Below, in pieces: positions 23,421-37,526 of a stretch of 64,000 nt of DNA. The notes below the pieces were generated by a model, which saw only the letters and a list, made by a program, of their open reading frames with translations, was not told the DNA's origin and did not search any database. Within the stretch, counting starts at the first letter, position 1. Every line of letters starts with the position of its first letter. A program made the position numbers and the translations under genes. The DNA comes from Mobula hypostoma (Eukaryota): positions 194,806,001-194,870,000 of the forward strand of contig NC_086097.1 of assembly GCF_963921235.1 (NCBI RefSeq), given 5' to 3'.

Positions 23421-24419
23421 TGCAATGAAGTGGGTAATGAATATGGATTCACTTTCAAGGACTCTACAACCCACTTTCCTCAGTATTATTTATTATTTTT
23501 AGTAACACAGTTTGTCCTTTGCACATTGGTTGTTTGTCAGTCTTTCTTTGTATGTAGTTTTTTCATTGCTTCTGTTTTATTTCTCTGTTCTATTGTGAAT
23601 ATCTGCAAGAAATGTATATGGTAACGTATATATACTTTGATAATAGATATATTTTGAACTTTGAATTCATGACCTTTGCTGAGAGCTGACTCCAGTGAGC
23701 TTCAATTTTCTGTTCAATGAATCTTTTTCGGCAGGGCGGTATCCTTCAGCAAGACTGGGTTAGGAGAGTTTCTTTGTCTTGCAGATGTGTGTAAACTCAA
23801 TCCTTTCATATGCTTTTGTGACTAAATCAGCAATTCCTTGGAGGCAAGAGTCAAGTCGAAACTGTAAATTATTTAAATCTTACCCATCTCCTCAGAAGAT
23901 AGTTCTAATATATTTTGAGTTGTGGTTGCTGAGAAGCTGCTGGAAGTTGCTGTTCCAACACTGAACTCCATGAACTCCAATGTTAAAGTTAGTCAGATGA
24001 TATCCGGAACATCTCTGCATTCTCATTACACCCACAGTAGTATGATTTGGATCCTTAACCTCCATAAAATAATTCACAATTGATTTAAATTGTTCATTTT
24101 TAACAGTTGCTATTCATACATGATACCAGCACCAGAAAAGGGATATGCAACCAGTGAAAAGTTAGTGTGAACTTAACATTCAGCATCTATTTGGAATCAG
24201 ATTAATAGATCAGCAAGGTCCCTGAAACTGCTTTGATATCTATAATTTTAAGTAAATTTAAGGCTGAAAAAAATCATAATGCATTTTATATTTGAAACTA
24301 AAGACATGTCAGGCAATTGCAACATGAACAGGTTAGATTTATGAGTGGGGAAGTTCTTAGAATTACTAATCAGGAAATAACTAATGGGTATCTGCAGAAT
24401 TTTGAGCTAATGAAGATTT

Positions 24420-24990
24420 TTTTTACTAATTTCTTAAAGGCAAATGGCATTTGACTAACTGGATTGAATTTTTTGATAAGGTAACAAGAAACTGTTGAAA
24501 TGAATGTAGCAGATGTTTGTGAAGAATTGTGGATAACATTTGACAACCTCCCCCTCATGACAGGGTGATTAACAAAATGAAGATCCATAGAGTAAAGGGA
24601 TCACTGACAACATGGACAGGAATTTGGCTCATGGACAGAAAGTAGATGTGTGATAAATGGCTGCTTCCCAAAGTGAAGAATGGTAGTGATGTTTCTGAGG
24701 GGTTAGTACCAGGACCACTAATATATATATACACACACACACACTAATATATCATTACAAAATTTCAAAATTCACTGAAAATATTAAACTTGGTAAGCAG
24801 TGAGGAGGATGGAAAATGATTGCAGAAAAGGATGGAACTGAGCTGAAGAGGCAGATGAGTTTCTCCATATGAAATTCTGAAATGTGAACAAATACATTCA
24901 GCAGAAAGAGCAATGAATGACAGTTCAGAGTAAATGAACAAACTCTAAAGCGTGATAGAACTAGTGAGAGCTGGGAACATAAATGATGGA
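24420..24990 (+). mobile_element. Highly degraded CR1 RT fragment
   Basis: LTNWIEFFDKV and G.VPGPL remnants. Confidence 0.5.
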
Positions 24991-25009
24991 CGGACATCTG
25001 GAGATCTAG

Positions 25010-25580
25010 TTGATTAGATTAGCTTTATTTGTCAAATGTATATCTAAACATCCAGTAAAGTGTGTCATTTGCTTCAATGATCAACAGGGGTTGAGATTGT
25101 GTTGAGGGCAGCCTGCAGGCATCACCCTGCTTCCAGCACCAATAGAGCATGTCCACAGCTTAATGACCCTCACTAACCCGTGTGTCTTAATGACCCTCGC
25201 TAATCTGTGTGTTTTAATGACCCTCACTAACCTGTGTGTCTTAATGACCCTCACTAACCCGTGTGTCTTAATGACCCTCGCTAATCTGTGTGTTTTAATG
25301 ACCCTCACTAACCTGTGTGTCTTAATGTCCCTCACTAACATGTGTCTTAATGACCCTCGCTAATCTGTGTGTTTTAATGACCCTCACTAACACGTGTGCC
25401 TTAATGATCCTTGCTAATCTGTGTGTTTTAATAACCTTCGTTAATCTGTGTGTTTTAATAACCCTCGCTAATCTGTGTGTCTTAATGACCCTCACTAACC
25501 TGTGTGTCTTAATGACCCTCACTAACCTGTGTGTCTAGGATGTGGGAAGGAATTTGAGCACCAGGAGGAAACCCAGTTTA
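25010..25580 (-). mobile_element. V-SINE-like SINE containing an internal minisatellite
   Basis: GGATGTGGGAAGGAATTTGAGCACCAGGAGGAAACCCA core; minus-strand 3' end AATAAAGCTAATCTAATC matches the end of the SINE at 43106-43436. Confidence 0.7.
25160..25535. repeat. 27-bp minisatellite, 14 units
   Basis: Consensus TTAATGACCCTC(A/G)CTAA(C/T)C(C/T)GTGTGT(C/T); one unit is 25 bp. Confidence 0.95.
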
Positions 25581-26218
25581 AGATGGTGCTGATGAAGCGC
25601 AACAACTGCCTACTGGTGGCAAACAAAACAAAGAATACAACTAAATACTTCATTAATAATACTTTTTATTGTAAAACATGGCAAACGATCACCACAAGTA
25701 ATGAACGAAGGCTAGGCGTAGTTGAGGGTTGAAGCATTTGGGTGCGAGGCAATGCTGAGGCAAAGTTGAAGTGGAGGAAAGACAGATTCAAGGTCCATCC
25801 ACCTAAACTGACAGTGAGGCTTGATTGATCTAAGCATCAGGCTGATTTGGAAAAATCAGCTATGGACCGAATGTGGCGGTGAGGTCCAGGCCCACAGCAC
25901 ATCAGTGCAACAGGGCCTGGATCCTAGTGCGAGGAACGGCCCAGTGTTTGGATGATTTAAACACCTGTCTAGATGGATTGAACAGGTAAGGTGTCAGGAC
26001 AAGATGCAAAGGTCTGGCCAGTTCTGCTCATTGCTCTGTGATGTTTACATACTCTGTGCTGAACTGAGGCAGAGACTGTTGTCTGCACAGGCTGCTCTGG
26101 GCTTTCTGTCTGAGATCTCCGTCGTGTCAGTTCGGCTCTGCACTGAACTAAGGCTGAGGCTGTGGTTTGCTCTGGTTTCCATGTCTGAGGGCTCAGCAAT
26201 GCTTAACTGGCTCTGCAC

Positions 26219-26830
26219 TGTCCTATACTTTCCTTTCTGCTGCCTCCCTCCCTTCTTGAAGAGTGGAGGGACATTTGGAATTTTACAGTCCATAAGAACC
26301 ATGCCAGAACTTGGAGGTTACTGAAAGATCATTACTAATGCCTTCACAATCTCTTCCGCCACCTCTTTGAGAACCCCTGGGTGTAGTTCATCTGTTGCAG
26401 ATGACCTATCTACCTTCAGGCCTTTCGGCCTTCCAAGCACCTTTTCCCTAGTAATAGCAACTGCACTCACTTCTGCTCCCCCCAGCACTCCTGAACTTCT
26501 GGCATACTGCTAGCGTCTTCCACAGTGAAGACTGATGCAAAGTACTTATTCAGTTCATCCGCATTTCCTTGTCTCCCATAACTACCACTCCAACGCCATC
26601 TTCCTGTAGTCCGACATCTACTCTCACCTCTCTTTTACTCTTTATATATCTGAAAAAAACTTCTGGTATTCTCTTTAATATTATTGGCTAGTTTATCTTC
26701 ATATTTCATTTTTTCCCTCTTTATGACTTCATTTTGGTTGCCTTTTGTTGGTTTTTAAAAGCTTCCCAATCATCTGACATCTAATTTTTGATCTATTATC
26801 TGTTGTCTCTTTTGCTTTTATGTTGTCTTT
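26219..26830 (-). mobile_element. CR1 ORF2 fragment
   Basis: NVPPLFKKGGRQQKGKYR. Confidence 0.75.
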
Positions 26831-26924
26831 GACATCCTTTGATTATCATGAACCTATTGATCCTATTAGAATATTTAGGATCAGTGAAAAGTTAGATTAT
26901 TAGCATCATAGATATGCCACTGTG

Positions 26925-27291
26925 TGTCAGGCCTAGTCCCGCTGACACATCCCAGCCTGCGCATGTAGGCACCTCCCAGTCTCCATCTAGCTGATAAGAT
27001 TCGTCTGCCGTTTGTTCCAGACTCATCACATGCTGCCAATTAAACTCCAATTTTCATCGACGTTCCTTGCTCACTCATCAAACCAGCCGGCCTCATCTAG
27101 TTGCTCCTAGCGTTCTCTCCCCCTGCCTGGAGTTTACCTTGTTTCCTGTTGTGTTTTAGCTTCTGTTTTCTCTTGGTTTGTGCCCCTCTTGTGGTTTGGG
27201 ATTTTGCAGTCTATTATTCAAGTTATCACTCGCTGCTAAATTGTGTCTGCTGTTCTGCATTTGGGTCAAGCTTCCTCTACATTTCCTGACG
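26925..27291 (+). mobile_element. Solo LTR (367 bp), Gypsy-like
   Basis: TGTCAGG...CCTGACG termini; flanks CTGTG / CTGCA; U5-like CTGCATTTGGGTC. Confidence 0.7.
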
Positions 27292-27569
27292 CTGCAGGCA
27301 TATTTAGATAGTTATCAGAGGGAGAACCAGGAATATTAGTATTAATATCTGAGCTGCTGTCATCAACCAATTAATTTTCATATACTCCATCACATTGGTC
27401 CTGAGAATTTTTAAGTAGTGGATTTCCAGAAACGAGACAAGGATATTCCACGGAGGCCCGATTACAATGTTAAGCAGATCAGCATGTCCTTTTAATACCA
27501 ACATCCAAGTTGTCTGATGTTATGGAGGGTGGGACAAGGAAACACTCAGCATCCTAATGTGGAGTGATT

Positions 27570-28010
27570 GTCTACTGTGTCAGAGTAGGTGGAAGTCAGT
27601 AACAGGAAGGGTGCACTCATTCCATTGGGATTATCCTTTGACCCCCCCTCCCACCAACAGCAACATTGAAGACCGGACTTGGGGGCAGGTTTTGGAAAGA
27701 TGCAAAAATAACAGGGTTGTTGTCATGGGTGACTTTAACTTCTCTAATATTGATTGGCACCTGTTTAGTGCAAAAGATTAAGGTGGGGCAGAATTTGAGA
27801 GTGGATTCAGAGGAGATTTACCAGGATGCTACTTGGATCAGAAATCATACCTTATGAGAAAAGAATGAGAAAGCTAGGGCTTTTCACGTTGGAGCAATGG
27901 AAGATGAGAGGTAATTTGATAGAGATGCATACGATGATAAGGGCCTTAGATAAAATAGTCAACCAGCACCTTTTTCTATGATAGCAATGGCTAATACCAC
28001 ATGGGCGAGG
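27570..28010 (+). mobile_element. Internally deleted CR1 (APE fragment joined to ORF2 end)
   Basis: QVLERCKNNRVVVMGDFNF joined directly to ..RRFTRML. Confidence 0.7.
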
Positions 28011-29399
28011 TTTGGATGGTAAGAAGACCTGATGGAAGTCAGGACTTTGGGTCTTGGCAGATACTTTGTCATCTTTTCTATAGTTTCTGTTGTTTAGGGA
28101 TAGAGTGTTAATAGGCCATATGAAAATCCCAACTACATTATCATATATAATTTATGGTGGACTTTGCATAAATGTATGTGACTTGACTAGAGGGCTTACG
28201 GATGTTAGAAAAACTGCTCTTTTCACTGATGCTCTGAAATTATTTCTGGGAAATAACAGCAAAGTAAAGAAGGCAAAGCTAAAGGTCAAAGGCCAGAGGT
28301 CTGTGAGTCCAGAGGTTGAAGCCTGAAGGATGAAGACTGAAGTCAGTGAGTCCAGAGGAACAAAGTTCAAAGCCCCTAGGTGGGCTTATCTAGAGGTCAG
28401 AGGCCTGACGTCTGTAAGTCTGATTATTCAGGTCAAGGACTGGAGTCCTGGGAGTGGTGGCTTGTCAGTATATGGGAGTTGCTAGGAGTTTGGAAGGGTG
28501 GAAAAGTGGTTTGCTTATCTGTTATTGCTTTGCTTTGTTTTTTTTTGTTGTTGCTGTTGTTGCTGCTTGTGTTCTGTTGTACATTATGGGTACGCTATGT
28601 TGGGTATGTGTGATAAGACATGCGGTCTACTCCCAGCACATCCTTAGTTAATACAAGTGATACATTTCATTCTATGCTTTGATATAGATGTGATATAGAT
28701 CTGATTTGATCTGATAAGTCATTGTCATTTATTAATTGTTACATGACATGTCTTTCACTGCTTAGATGACAGAAGTTTAGTTTCTGAACATTCTTCATAT
28801 TTAGGAAGAATGACGAAGCTGAATGTACTAAGCTAAGTTTGTTTAGAAAGCCCTAAGAGTTATTTGTGAGGCTTAGTAATGCAAGACTGATTCTTGAGTC
28901 ATTTTTTTCACCACTGTAGATCATCCTTAAATTGTTAAAATGCAGGTTATATTTCTTATTCGTCCCCTAGTGAATTTTCCCCAGTAGATGTAGGACCAGC
29001 AGGGCAAAGAGACCTGGACCTCCCATTAATCAATGGGTAAAATGTTGGTACAAACAAAAGCAAATTAAATGTTAGAGGCCATAAATTCATTCATACTACT
29101 CAAAAGCACTGTGCCTTAAAAATAGGTTAAGCAATAGCAGAACTCATATTTTCATACACTTTGGCACCCATGGGGAAATTAATTTCCTTATTTTCCGGCA
29201 GGATTTTGTTCTCCCTAGTGCCTATTTTCTGTCATAATATTCTGCCAAATAATGTTAACAGAGGTGTGACATGTAATCTTCATCTGCAGTGAGATTTTCA
29301 TCCTTGTGTGAAAAGTGACAGTTCTTACTAATTCATTGAGCAACCAGAATTTGCTGGCATTACTTCCCCAGAAATAAAATTCTTAAAGGACCTGAACTT

Positions 29400-30781
29400 A
29401 AACTGGTGAGGTAGTAATGGGGGGATAAAGAAATGGCAGATGAACTTAATGGGTAATCAGTCTTCACTGTGGAAGATACTAGCAGTGTGGCTGAGGTCTG
29501 TGAGTGTCAGGGAGCAAGAGTGAGTGTCATTGCTATTACAAAGGAAAAAGTGCGAGGAAAACTGAAAGGTCTTAAGGCCGATAAATCACCTGGACCAGAT
29601 GGATGACATCCCAGAGTTCCGAAAGAGGATGCTGAAGAGATAGCAGATGCATTGGTCATGAACTTTCAGGAATCACTTGATTCTGGCATGGTTCCAGAGG
29701 ACTGGAAAGTTGCAATGTTACTCTGCTCTTTAAAAAAGGGAGAAGACAAAAAAAATGGAATTATAGGTCATTTAGCTTAACCTCAGTGGTCAGGAAAGTG
29801 TTGGAGTCCATTATTAAGGATGAGGTTTCAAGATACTTGGAGAATAATGATAAAATAAGTTAAACTCAGCATGGTTTCTGTAAAGGGAATTCCTGCCTGA
29901 CAAATCTGATGAAGTTCTTCAAGGGGTGAACAAAGGAGAGATAGTGAATATCATTTACTTGGATTTTCAGAAGGTATTTGATAATGCATTTTGGTAAATG
30001 GAACAAAGGTGCGGATTATCATCTAAATGGGGAGAAAATTCAAACATTAGAGGTGCAAAAGGATTTAGGAGTCCTTGTGAAAAACTCCCAGAAGGTTAAT
30101 TTACAGGTTGAATCTGTGGTAGAGAAAGCAAATGCAATGTTGGCATTTATTTCAAGGGGAATAGAATATAAAACCAAGAAGATAATGCTGAGGCTTTGTA
30201 AGGTTCTAGTCAGGCCACACTTGGAGTCAACAGTTTTGGGCCCCATATCTCAGAAAGGACGTGTTGTCATTGGAGAGAGTCCAGAGAAGTTTCACGAGGA
30301 TGATTCTGAGAATGAAGGGGTTAACATATGAGGCGTGTTTGGCAGCTTTAAGCCTGTAATCATAGGAATTTAGAAGAATGCGGGGGAATCTCATTAAAAC
30401 CTACTGAATGCTGAAAGGACTAGTTAGGGTAGATGTGGAGAGCATGTTTCCTATGGTGGGGATATCCAGAACTAAATGGCGCAGCCTCAAAATTGAGGGG
30501 TAACGCTTTAGAATAGAGGTAAGGAGGAATTTTATTTTTAACCAGTGAGTAGTGAATTTGTGGAGTGCTCTACCATAGACAGCTGTGGAGGCCAAGACCA
30601 TGGGTATATTTAAAGCAAAAATACAAATGTAGATAGTATCCTGATAGGTCAGGGCATCAAAGGTTATGGTGAGAAGGCAGATGTATGGGGTTGACTGAGA
30701 TACGGGATCAGCCATGATAGAGTGGCTGAGCAGGTTCGAAGGGCTGAATGGACTAATTCTGCTCCTATGTTTTATGGTCTA
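29400..30781 (+). mobile_element. CR1 with RT-core deletion at ~29980
   Basis: DFQKVFD joined directly to MHFGK; ORF 29978-30331; CR1 3' tail. Confidence 0.85.
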
Positions 30782-31149
30782 AACTGCATTTCCTGTCCTC
30801 AATGTGATATCAGATATAATCTCACATCTGTGTCTTGACATGGAGGTCAGTCTCAGAACCATTCCGAATTGGTACTGATGATCTTAGTCACACCCCACAG
30901 TATTTTGCTGTCTGCTGCATAAGGAGGTCATCCAAATTCATATCCATGGAATGGAACGTTACCTACTTTACCTTAAGTGCACAAGAGCTTGGGCAACTAC
31001 CAACATTGCAGGTTGTCCCAGATTACAGGCATGCAGAGACCTTCATGGCAACTTCCTGCCAGGAATGTCCGGAGAAGCCACAGAGAGAGACTCTGTGGCT
31101 CCTTTGCACAAATAATTCCTACAGATGGTGGTGTTTTTCATGTTGTCTC

Positions 31150-31575
31150 ATAGTCATGGAGTCACAGAGCTATACGCATGGAGACAGGGCCTTCCCCAAC
31201 TGGTTCAAGTCGACCAAGGGGGATTCCTGTGTTGGCCCTTTTTGTCTGCATTTGGCCCACATCCCTCTAACCTTTCCTGGCCCTGTACCTTTCCAAATGT
31301 CTGATAAATGTTGTAACTGTGCCTTTCTCAACCATTTTATCTGGCAGCACATTCCTTATGCCCAACAATGTCGGAGTGTAGAATTTGTCATTCTGGTCCC
31401 TTTCTAATATTCCCCTGCTGTCCTTGAATTTATGCCCTATACTCTTAGATTTACCCAGCTTAGGAAAAAATAACTGACCATCCACTTTATTAATGCCCCT
31501 CCGCCTCCTTCACTTCAGGGGATACACTCTCTCCTTATAAATAAGTCTTTCAGTCCAGGCAATATTCTTCTGAAC
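31150..31575 (-). mobile_element. CR1 3' fragment
   Basis: Minus-strand CTCTGTGACTCCATGACT tail; FPKLGKSKSIGHKFK. Confidence 0.7.
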
Positions 31576-32002
31576 CAACACACGCAAAGTGCTAGAAGGA
31601 CTTAGCAGGTCAGGAGGTATCTATAGCAATAAATAAACAGTCAACGTTTGGGGCCGAGATCCTTCATCAGGACTGGAGAGAGGGGAAAGATGCCAGAATA
31701 AAAAGACGTGGGTAGGGGAAGAAGGACAAGCTAGAGGGTGATAGGTGAAGCCAAGTGTTTAGTAAAGGTAAAGGGCCGGAGAAGAAGGAAACTGATAGGA
31801 GAAGAGAGTGAACCATGGGAGAAAGGAAAGAAAGGGGAGGTGATAGGCAGGTGAGTAGAAGATGTAGAAGACTAGAGTGGGAAATAAAAGAGATGGAAGG
31901 GGAAGGGGAAAGGAAATAGAACTACTGGAAGGAGAGATCAATGCTCACGCCATCTAGTTGGAGGCTACCTGGTCAGAGTATGAGGTGTTGCTCCTCCACC
32001 CT
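31576..32002 (-). mobile_element. Penelope 3' fragment with hammerhead-like motif
   Basis: Minus strand RVEEQHLI...GSLQ; AGTCCTGATGAAGGATCTCGGCCCCAAACGTTGACT at ~31639-31674. Confidence 0.8.
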
Positions 32003-32887
32003 GAATCCTTCTGAATCTTGGGTTTCTAGTTCTGGAATTGTGAATTCTGGCTTCCCAAGGAGCATTCCCTCACTGCTTCATCAGTATCACATTATTGCAC
32101 TTGCAAAAATCCCCTGTGGTTAGAAGATTGTTACTTGTTTGTTGCAAGTATTCCTAAGAGCTACATGCCAAGTTTGCACATGCTGCACTATTGTTTGGGA
32201 ATAGTGAGAGCTATTAATAGGGAGCACCACTCTGGAACCAACCGTGTCATTTTCAGCACAACATTACAGAGAAAATTGGCAATACCATTCAGTGCATTAT
32301 CTCCCTCAAAGGACAGCCTTGCATGTGTCACAGCAGCAGAAACTTATAGATAGACTGTTTATTGCATTTTTCATCCCACTCTTACTAGTCTCTGAAAGTC
32401 AAGTGCAAAATCGAGTCTTGGGGTGAAGACCCGCTGAAAGATCATTGATCTGAAACTGACATTGCCCTGTTACACAGAAAAACACTGATTTTTTTTTTCC
32501 CAGGAAGCTTGCAATTAAAAATCCTAACATGTACAGGGTTTTTAAGGTGATATGCACAGCACTGTTTAAATGCCATTAAAATGTAATAAAGAAACTTCCA
32601 GGCTATGGTTTTCACTGACTGGTTAGTCATAATTTAATCATGCCAATTAACTAATTATGAAATTTTAAACCTTCAAAGAGAAATAAACTAAGATTATTTC
32701 TGAGTATTTCTTTTTTTTTCTGATTACACAACTAATCTAGATTTCAATGATAATTTAAGGCAAAAAATAAATGGTCAGAAATTGTGATGGAAAAGTGGTA
32801 TAGCGTAAATTTTTACCAAGAGATAGGTTTGAATTAAGATGCTAAATCAGTTTGACCAAACCTGTAGAAGTTCCTTGTCAATTTTTC

Positions 32888-33055
32888 ATTAGATTAGATT
32901 GGATTTTGAGGACACTCAGTCCTCATTTATTGTCATTTAGAAATACATGCATGCATTAAGAAATGATACAATGTTCCTCCAGAGCGATATCACAAAAAAA
33001 CAAGTCAAACCAAAGGCGAACACTGACAAGACCACATAATTATAACATATAGTTA
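32888..33055 (-). mobile_element. Second copy of the short 3'-end fragment at 6528-6682
   Basis: Direct reverse-complement similarity. Confidence 0.75.
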
Positions 33056-34249
33056 TAATTATAGCAATATAAATATCATTTCATATGGCTTGCAAATTGC
33101 TCCATCAATCTGAACTGCCAATTAAACCATTTGAAAAAAAATAGGAAACCAATTCTTCAGCTACTGAATTCTGACAATAAAATGTAAAGCTGCCAATTTG
33201 ACAGCTGAATTGTCCACTCATTAATGTTTGATTGAAATCATTATAACTGTGGCATGTTTCATCCTCATATAAGATCATACAGTTCAGAGTCAATATCATG
33301 GATTCTCAGAGCCACACATGCATCATACTAACTTACTGTGTCCTTAACTCTAGTGTTCTGCTCTCTTTGAGGGACTGAATAGCTTTAGATACATAGTAAA
33401 ATAAAGTACAAGCCTAGTGAAACTTCTATGTTAAACACTGAATGTGGCAGATGATAATCAGAGCTAACCTGCTTCACCTCTAAGGGAGCAGGGCAAATTT
33501 CTGAAGTCTTATATTTAGTAGCCTGGTTAATGAGTTCCATTACTGCTCTGACATTAACATGTAACAATTTAAGATTGTTCATGAATATCCCTACCATAAA
33601 AAAATAGGTTAAGTATCGTTGAACTAATTATAGTCCTTTCAGCTTCCTGTATGTCAACAGTTCAGAGATAGAAGGATGGTATTGCCAAATGATATTTACT
33701 CACCAATAACATTCTCACCCTCTTCTGGTCAGGTCCCACAGAAACTGATGATCTTCTGTTGACATCAGAGAGCGATATGGGTGCCAGTGGAGAATTAATT
33801 TGAATGTGAAAACCTCGCGAAGCTCATGAGTAGCATTGTGATGAAAAGGAGGTCAAAGGAAATTAATTTAGATACTGGAATCTGGCTTGACACAAAGGCA
33901 GATGGTTGTGGTTGTTGGAGCTTAATCAGCACAGCTCAAGGATCTTATGCACGTCTATAGCCTTCTTGGCTCAGCTAGTTATCAATTCACTACAAGCTCT
34001 GATGGGGATGTTTACTGAAATTTCCAGTCTTCAACTCAAATTGTAGATAGAAAGATAAGAGCTCACGGAAGGATCTGATGCCATTCAGATTGGAACTGAC
34101 AAACAGCATGTAACATTACTACCAGATAAATGAGACAAAAAGACTGTCTAAAACAAGAAAATTCAACAATCTCTGTGTAGCTAATGGTTCCTTATTTGCT
34201 TTGTCCCAAGTTGTGACTAGGAGCTAAGCTGAATCAGCCACAGCAACGT

Positions 34250-35680
34250 ATTGGAAATGGAACTGATTTATTAATACCAGACGTAGAGTGAAAAACTTGT
34301 CGTGCATAATGTTTGTACAGATCAATTCATTACACCGCGCACTGAGGTCGTACATGATAAAATAATAACAGAATGCAGAAAAAGTGTAATAACTGCAGAA
34401 AAAATGCAATTCAAGAAGACAATAAGGTGTGAGACCATAATATTCTAGAAAACTATTTGTTAGGGGTAGAATCCGTCCTTGAGTCTGGTGGTATGTGCTT
34501 TCAGGTTATTGTAGTTTCTGTCTAATTGAGGGGACAGACGTGAGAATACCTGGGGTGGGGTCTTTGATAATGCTGGCTGCTTTACTGGGGCAGCAAGAAC
34601 AGCTGACAGGAGTGCATGGAGAGCAGGGTGGTGTCCATGATATGCTCAGCAGCATTCTCTGCACTTTGCAGCTTCTTGTAACAATGAGCTGAGCAGTTGC
34701 CTTATCAAGCCATGATGCATCCAGATAGGATGCCTTCTGTGGAACAACAATGAAAATTGGTAATTGCCAATGGAGACATACCACATTTATTTATCTTCCT
34801 GAGGAAATAAAAGCACTGGTGAGCTTTTTGGCTGTGGTGTTTATGTGGTTTTGTCTATGACAGGCTATTGACATTAAACCCCACTTTTTAAATATACATT
34901 ATTTCTGTTTTTTTTTGCATGATTTTTAATCTATTCAATTGTACTGTAATTGATTGGTTGATTTATTTATTTATTTGTTTTTCTTTCTTCTTCTGCTATA
35001 TTATGTTTTGCATTGAACTGCTGCTGCTAATTTAACAAATTTCATGACACTTGATGGTGATAATAAACCTGATGCTGCTGTTGACTCCTCGGAACATGAA
35101 ACTCTCAAGCCTCTTAGCTCAGCACCATTGATGTAAACAGGAGCTTATCCAAACACCCCCACCCCCCATCCTTTCTGGAAGTCAATGACCAGCTCTTTTA
35201 TTTTGCTGATATTGAGAGAAAGGTTGTTGTCATGACACCATGTTAATAAGCTCTCTATCTCCTTCATGTACTCCGACTCATTATTATTTGAGATACAGCC
35301 CACTACAGCGGTATCATCTGCAAATTTGTTAATGGAGTTAAAGCCACATAGTCATGAATATACAGGGAGAGGAGAGGGTCCCAACTCTACTCCCTGTATA
35401 TTGTGCAGCACTAGTGTTGAGAATAATTGTGGCCGAGGTTTTGCTATCTATTTTCATTGAATGTAAACTATTGGGGCAAGAGGATGAAGATCCTGTAACA
35501 GACACAGTTGTTGACTCCCAAGTCTTAGTGATGAATTTGCTTGGAGTAGTAGAATTGAAGGTGCAGCTGTCAATAAACAATAGTCTAACAGAGGTATCTT
35601 TACTGTCCAGATGCTCCAGAGATGATTGTACGACCAAGGAGATGCCATAGAACTTTTTCTGTGATAGGCAAATTGCAGAA
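34250..35680 (-). mobile_element. Degraded Rex1/Babar RT fragments (with a + strand 3'-end insert at ~34870-35075)
   Basis: SLEHLDSKDTSVRLLFIDS (35338-35637); KFADDT; AASIIKDP. Confidence 0.75.
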
Positions 35681-37526
35681 GTTTAAAAAGAAAAGGAGGA
35701 TATAGAGGTTGAAGACTAGTGCTCAGTTTCTAACTTATTGTGTCCCACATTATAATAAATGTCTTGAACTAGAGATAATAATTTGCCATTTTCCCTAGCA
35801 TAAATGAGTGAGGGCTTTCATGATGTTGTCATATGGAAGTATACCAATGCATTTTGGAGCTCTCATTATTTTTATGCATCATAGGAATTTGTGATCTAAT
35901 CCACAACAACATCACTGGACACAATATTGGAAAAATGGTTTATAATAAATGGGTACTGTAAACAGTTAACACCAGCAACTTGATAAAGGAGCTTCTTTGT
36001 TTGCTGTTTAAATAGGCATTAAAATGCAAAAGCTTTTTTGTGGCTATCGAGAGGATGTCAAGGAAAGATAGATGCAATGTTATAGAGCAAGTGATCAATT
36101 TTTCTCCATGTTTAAAAAGAAAGGCCACAGGTCAGAGAACGTGTATTAGATCCGGATGAGTTACTTTGGCCATAGGCATTGATCTATTTGTCGTCACAGC
36201 AAAGGTACTGAAACAAATATACACACCAGTTCTGGAAAGGATGACTTTATCCATGCAGATACACCTAAAGGTAATGAAGAGGTGATAATTCTGAGATTGC
36301 TGGGCTAGTATCAGGGTAAACACTATTAATCTGGGGAAACAGTGACACCTGGGAATTATGGACCTCTCCAGTGTAGGAATAAATATTGACAGTGTGAAAA
36401 TATCAATTTTAAAAATAGACGCTTTAATGAAATTCATTTAAGGCTGAATGGCATTATAGAAACACATATGGAAACTTCTTCTTTCAAACAAAATTATCTT
36501 AGAACAGCTAAGGTCTGGATTTAGTAAGGAAAGCAGATTTCCTCAAGATTAGGGGATCAAATGGATTTTTGTGAAATTCCAGTAGTTTTTTTTCTGTTAA
36601 AACTGCTAAAGTTAATTAATTTTTCTGGGATTCCAGAGTATTAACTGGAGTTAAATTCTATAGCTATAATAATAGGATAATAGAATGTGTGATTAGTACA
36701 AGCCTCTCTCCTGATACAGTCTCGACCTGAGACATCAGCCATCCCTTTGTCTCCACAGATATCGATTGCCCTGCTGACTTCTTCTAGCAGTTCATTCCAG
36801 TTAAATTTGAGAACTACTAGTCCAGAGGCACGTCATTTCTGGAGTACTTTCTACTGGATCTCCATAAGAGATTCCAGCAATCTTTTATGTCTCTGGACTA
36901 CTGGCTCTGTAATTTAAACACTGCACTACAGAGCACTTCAGGGAAGTTCAGAACATATAATCTTGGGGTCATTCTTCGCTGGACAACCTTGTGGTACCAT
37001 GGTTATCCAAGCATCATATCATACGAGGATTCTTGTTTTGTAAGTATATTATTCAGTTTCATCCATTGGCAGCCCACGGCACTAAATTTGTATCAGAAGA
37101 CTCCCTTCCTTTCACTAACAGTCCCTGAAATCTACCCTACTCTAAACCCTCAATCATCAACTGCTCCTTGAACCCACAACCCTTCCATTGACACATTGAT
37201 TCCCCAGTCTAATGTGCTGCTTGATTCCAATCTCCATCCATTCCTGAACATAATCTTCACCAGCAACATGTCAAATCCTTGGAAAGAGGTGACATAGGAT
37301 CAAAAGATGTAGAATCCTTATGAATAGAAATAAGAAACTACGAGGGTAAAACCACCACAAAGCACATCTTTCCCTCCCCCCCCCTGCATTCCGCAGGGAT
37401 CGCTCCCTACGCAACTCCCTTGTCCATTCGTCCCCCCCATCCCTCCCCACTGATCTCCCTCCTGGCACTTATCCTTGTAAGCGGAACAAGTGCTACACAT
37501 GCCCTTACACTTCCTCCCTTACCACC

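Noticed and set aside
25081..25538. Repetitive ORFs or a CRISPR-like array
   Set aside because: Head-to-tail 27-bp units with no unique spacers; the ORFs arise because the unit length is a multiple of 3.
33730..33790. Possible exon GPTETDDLLLTSESDM
   Set aside because: Weak donor site, and the adjacent sequence looks like a highly decayed LINE RT.
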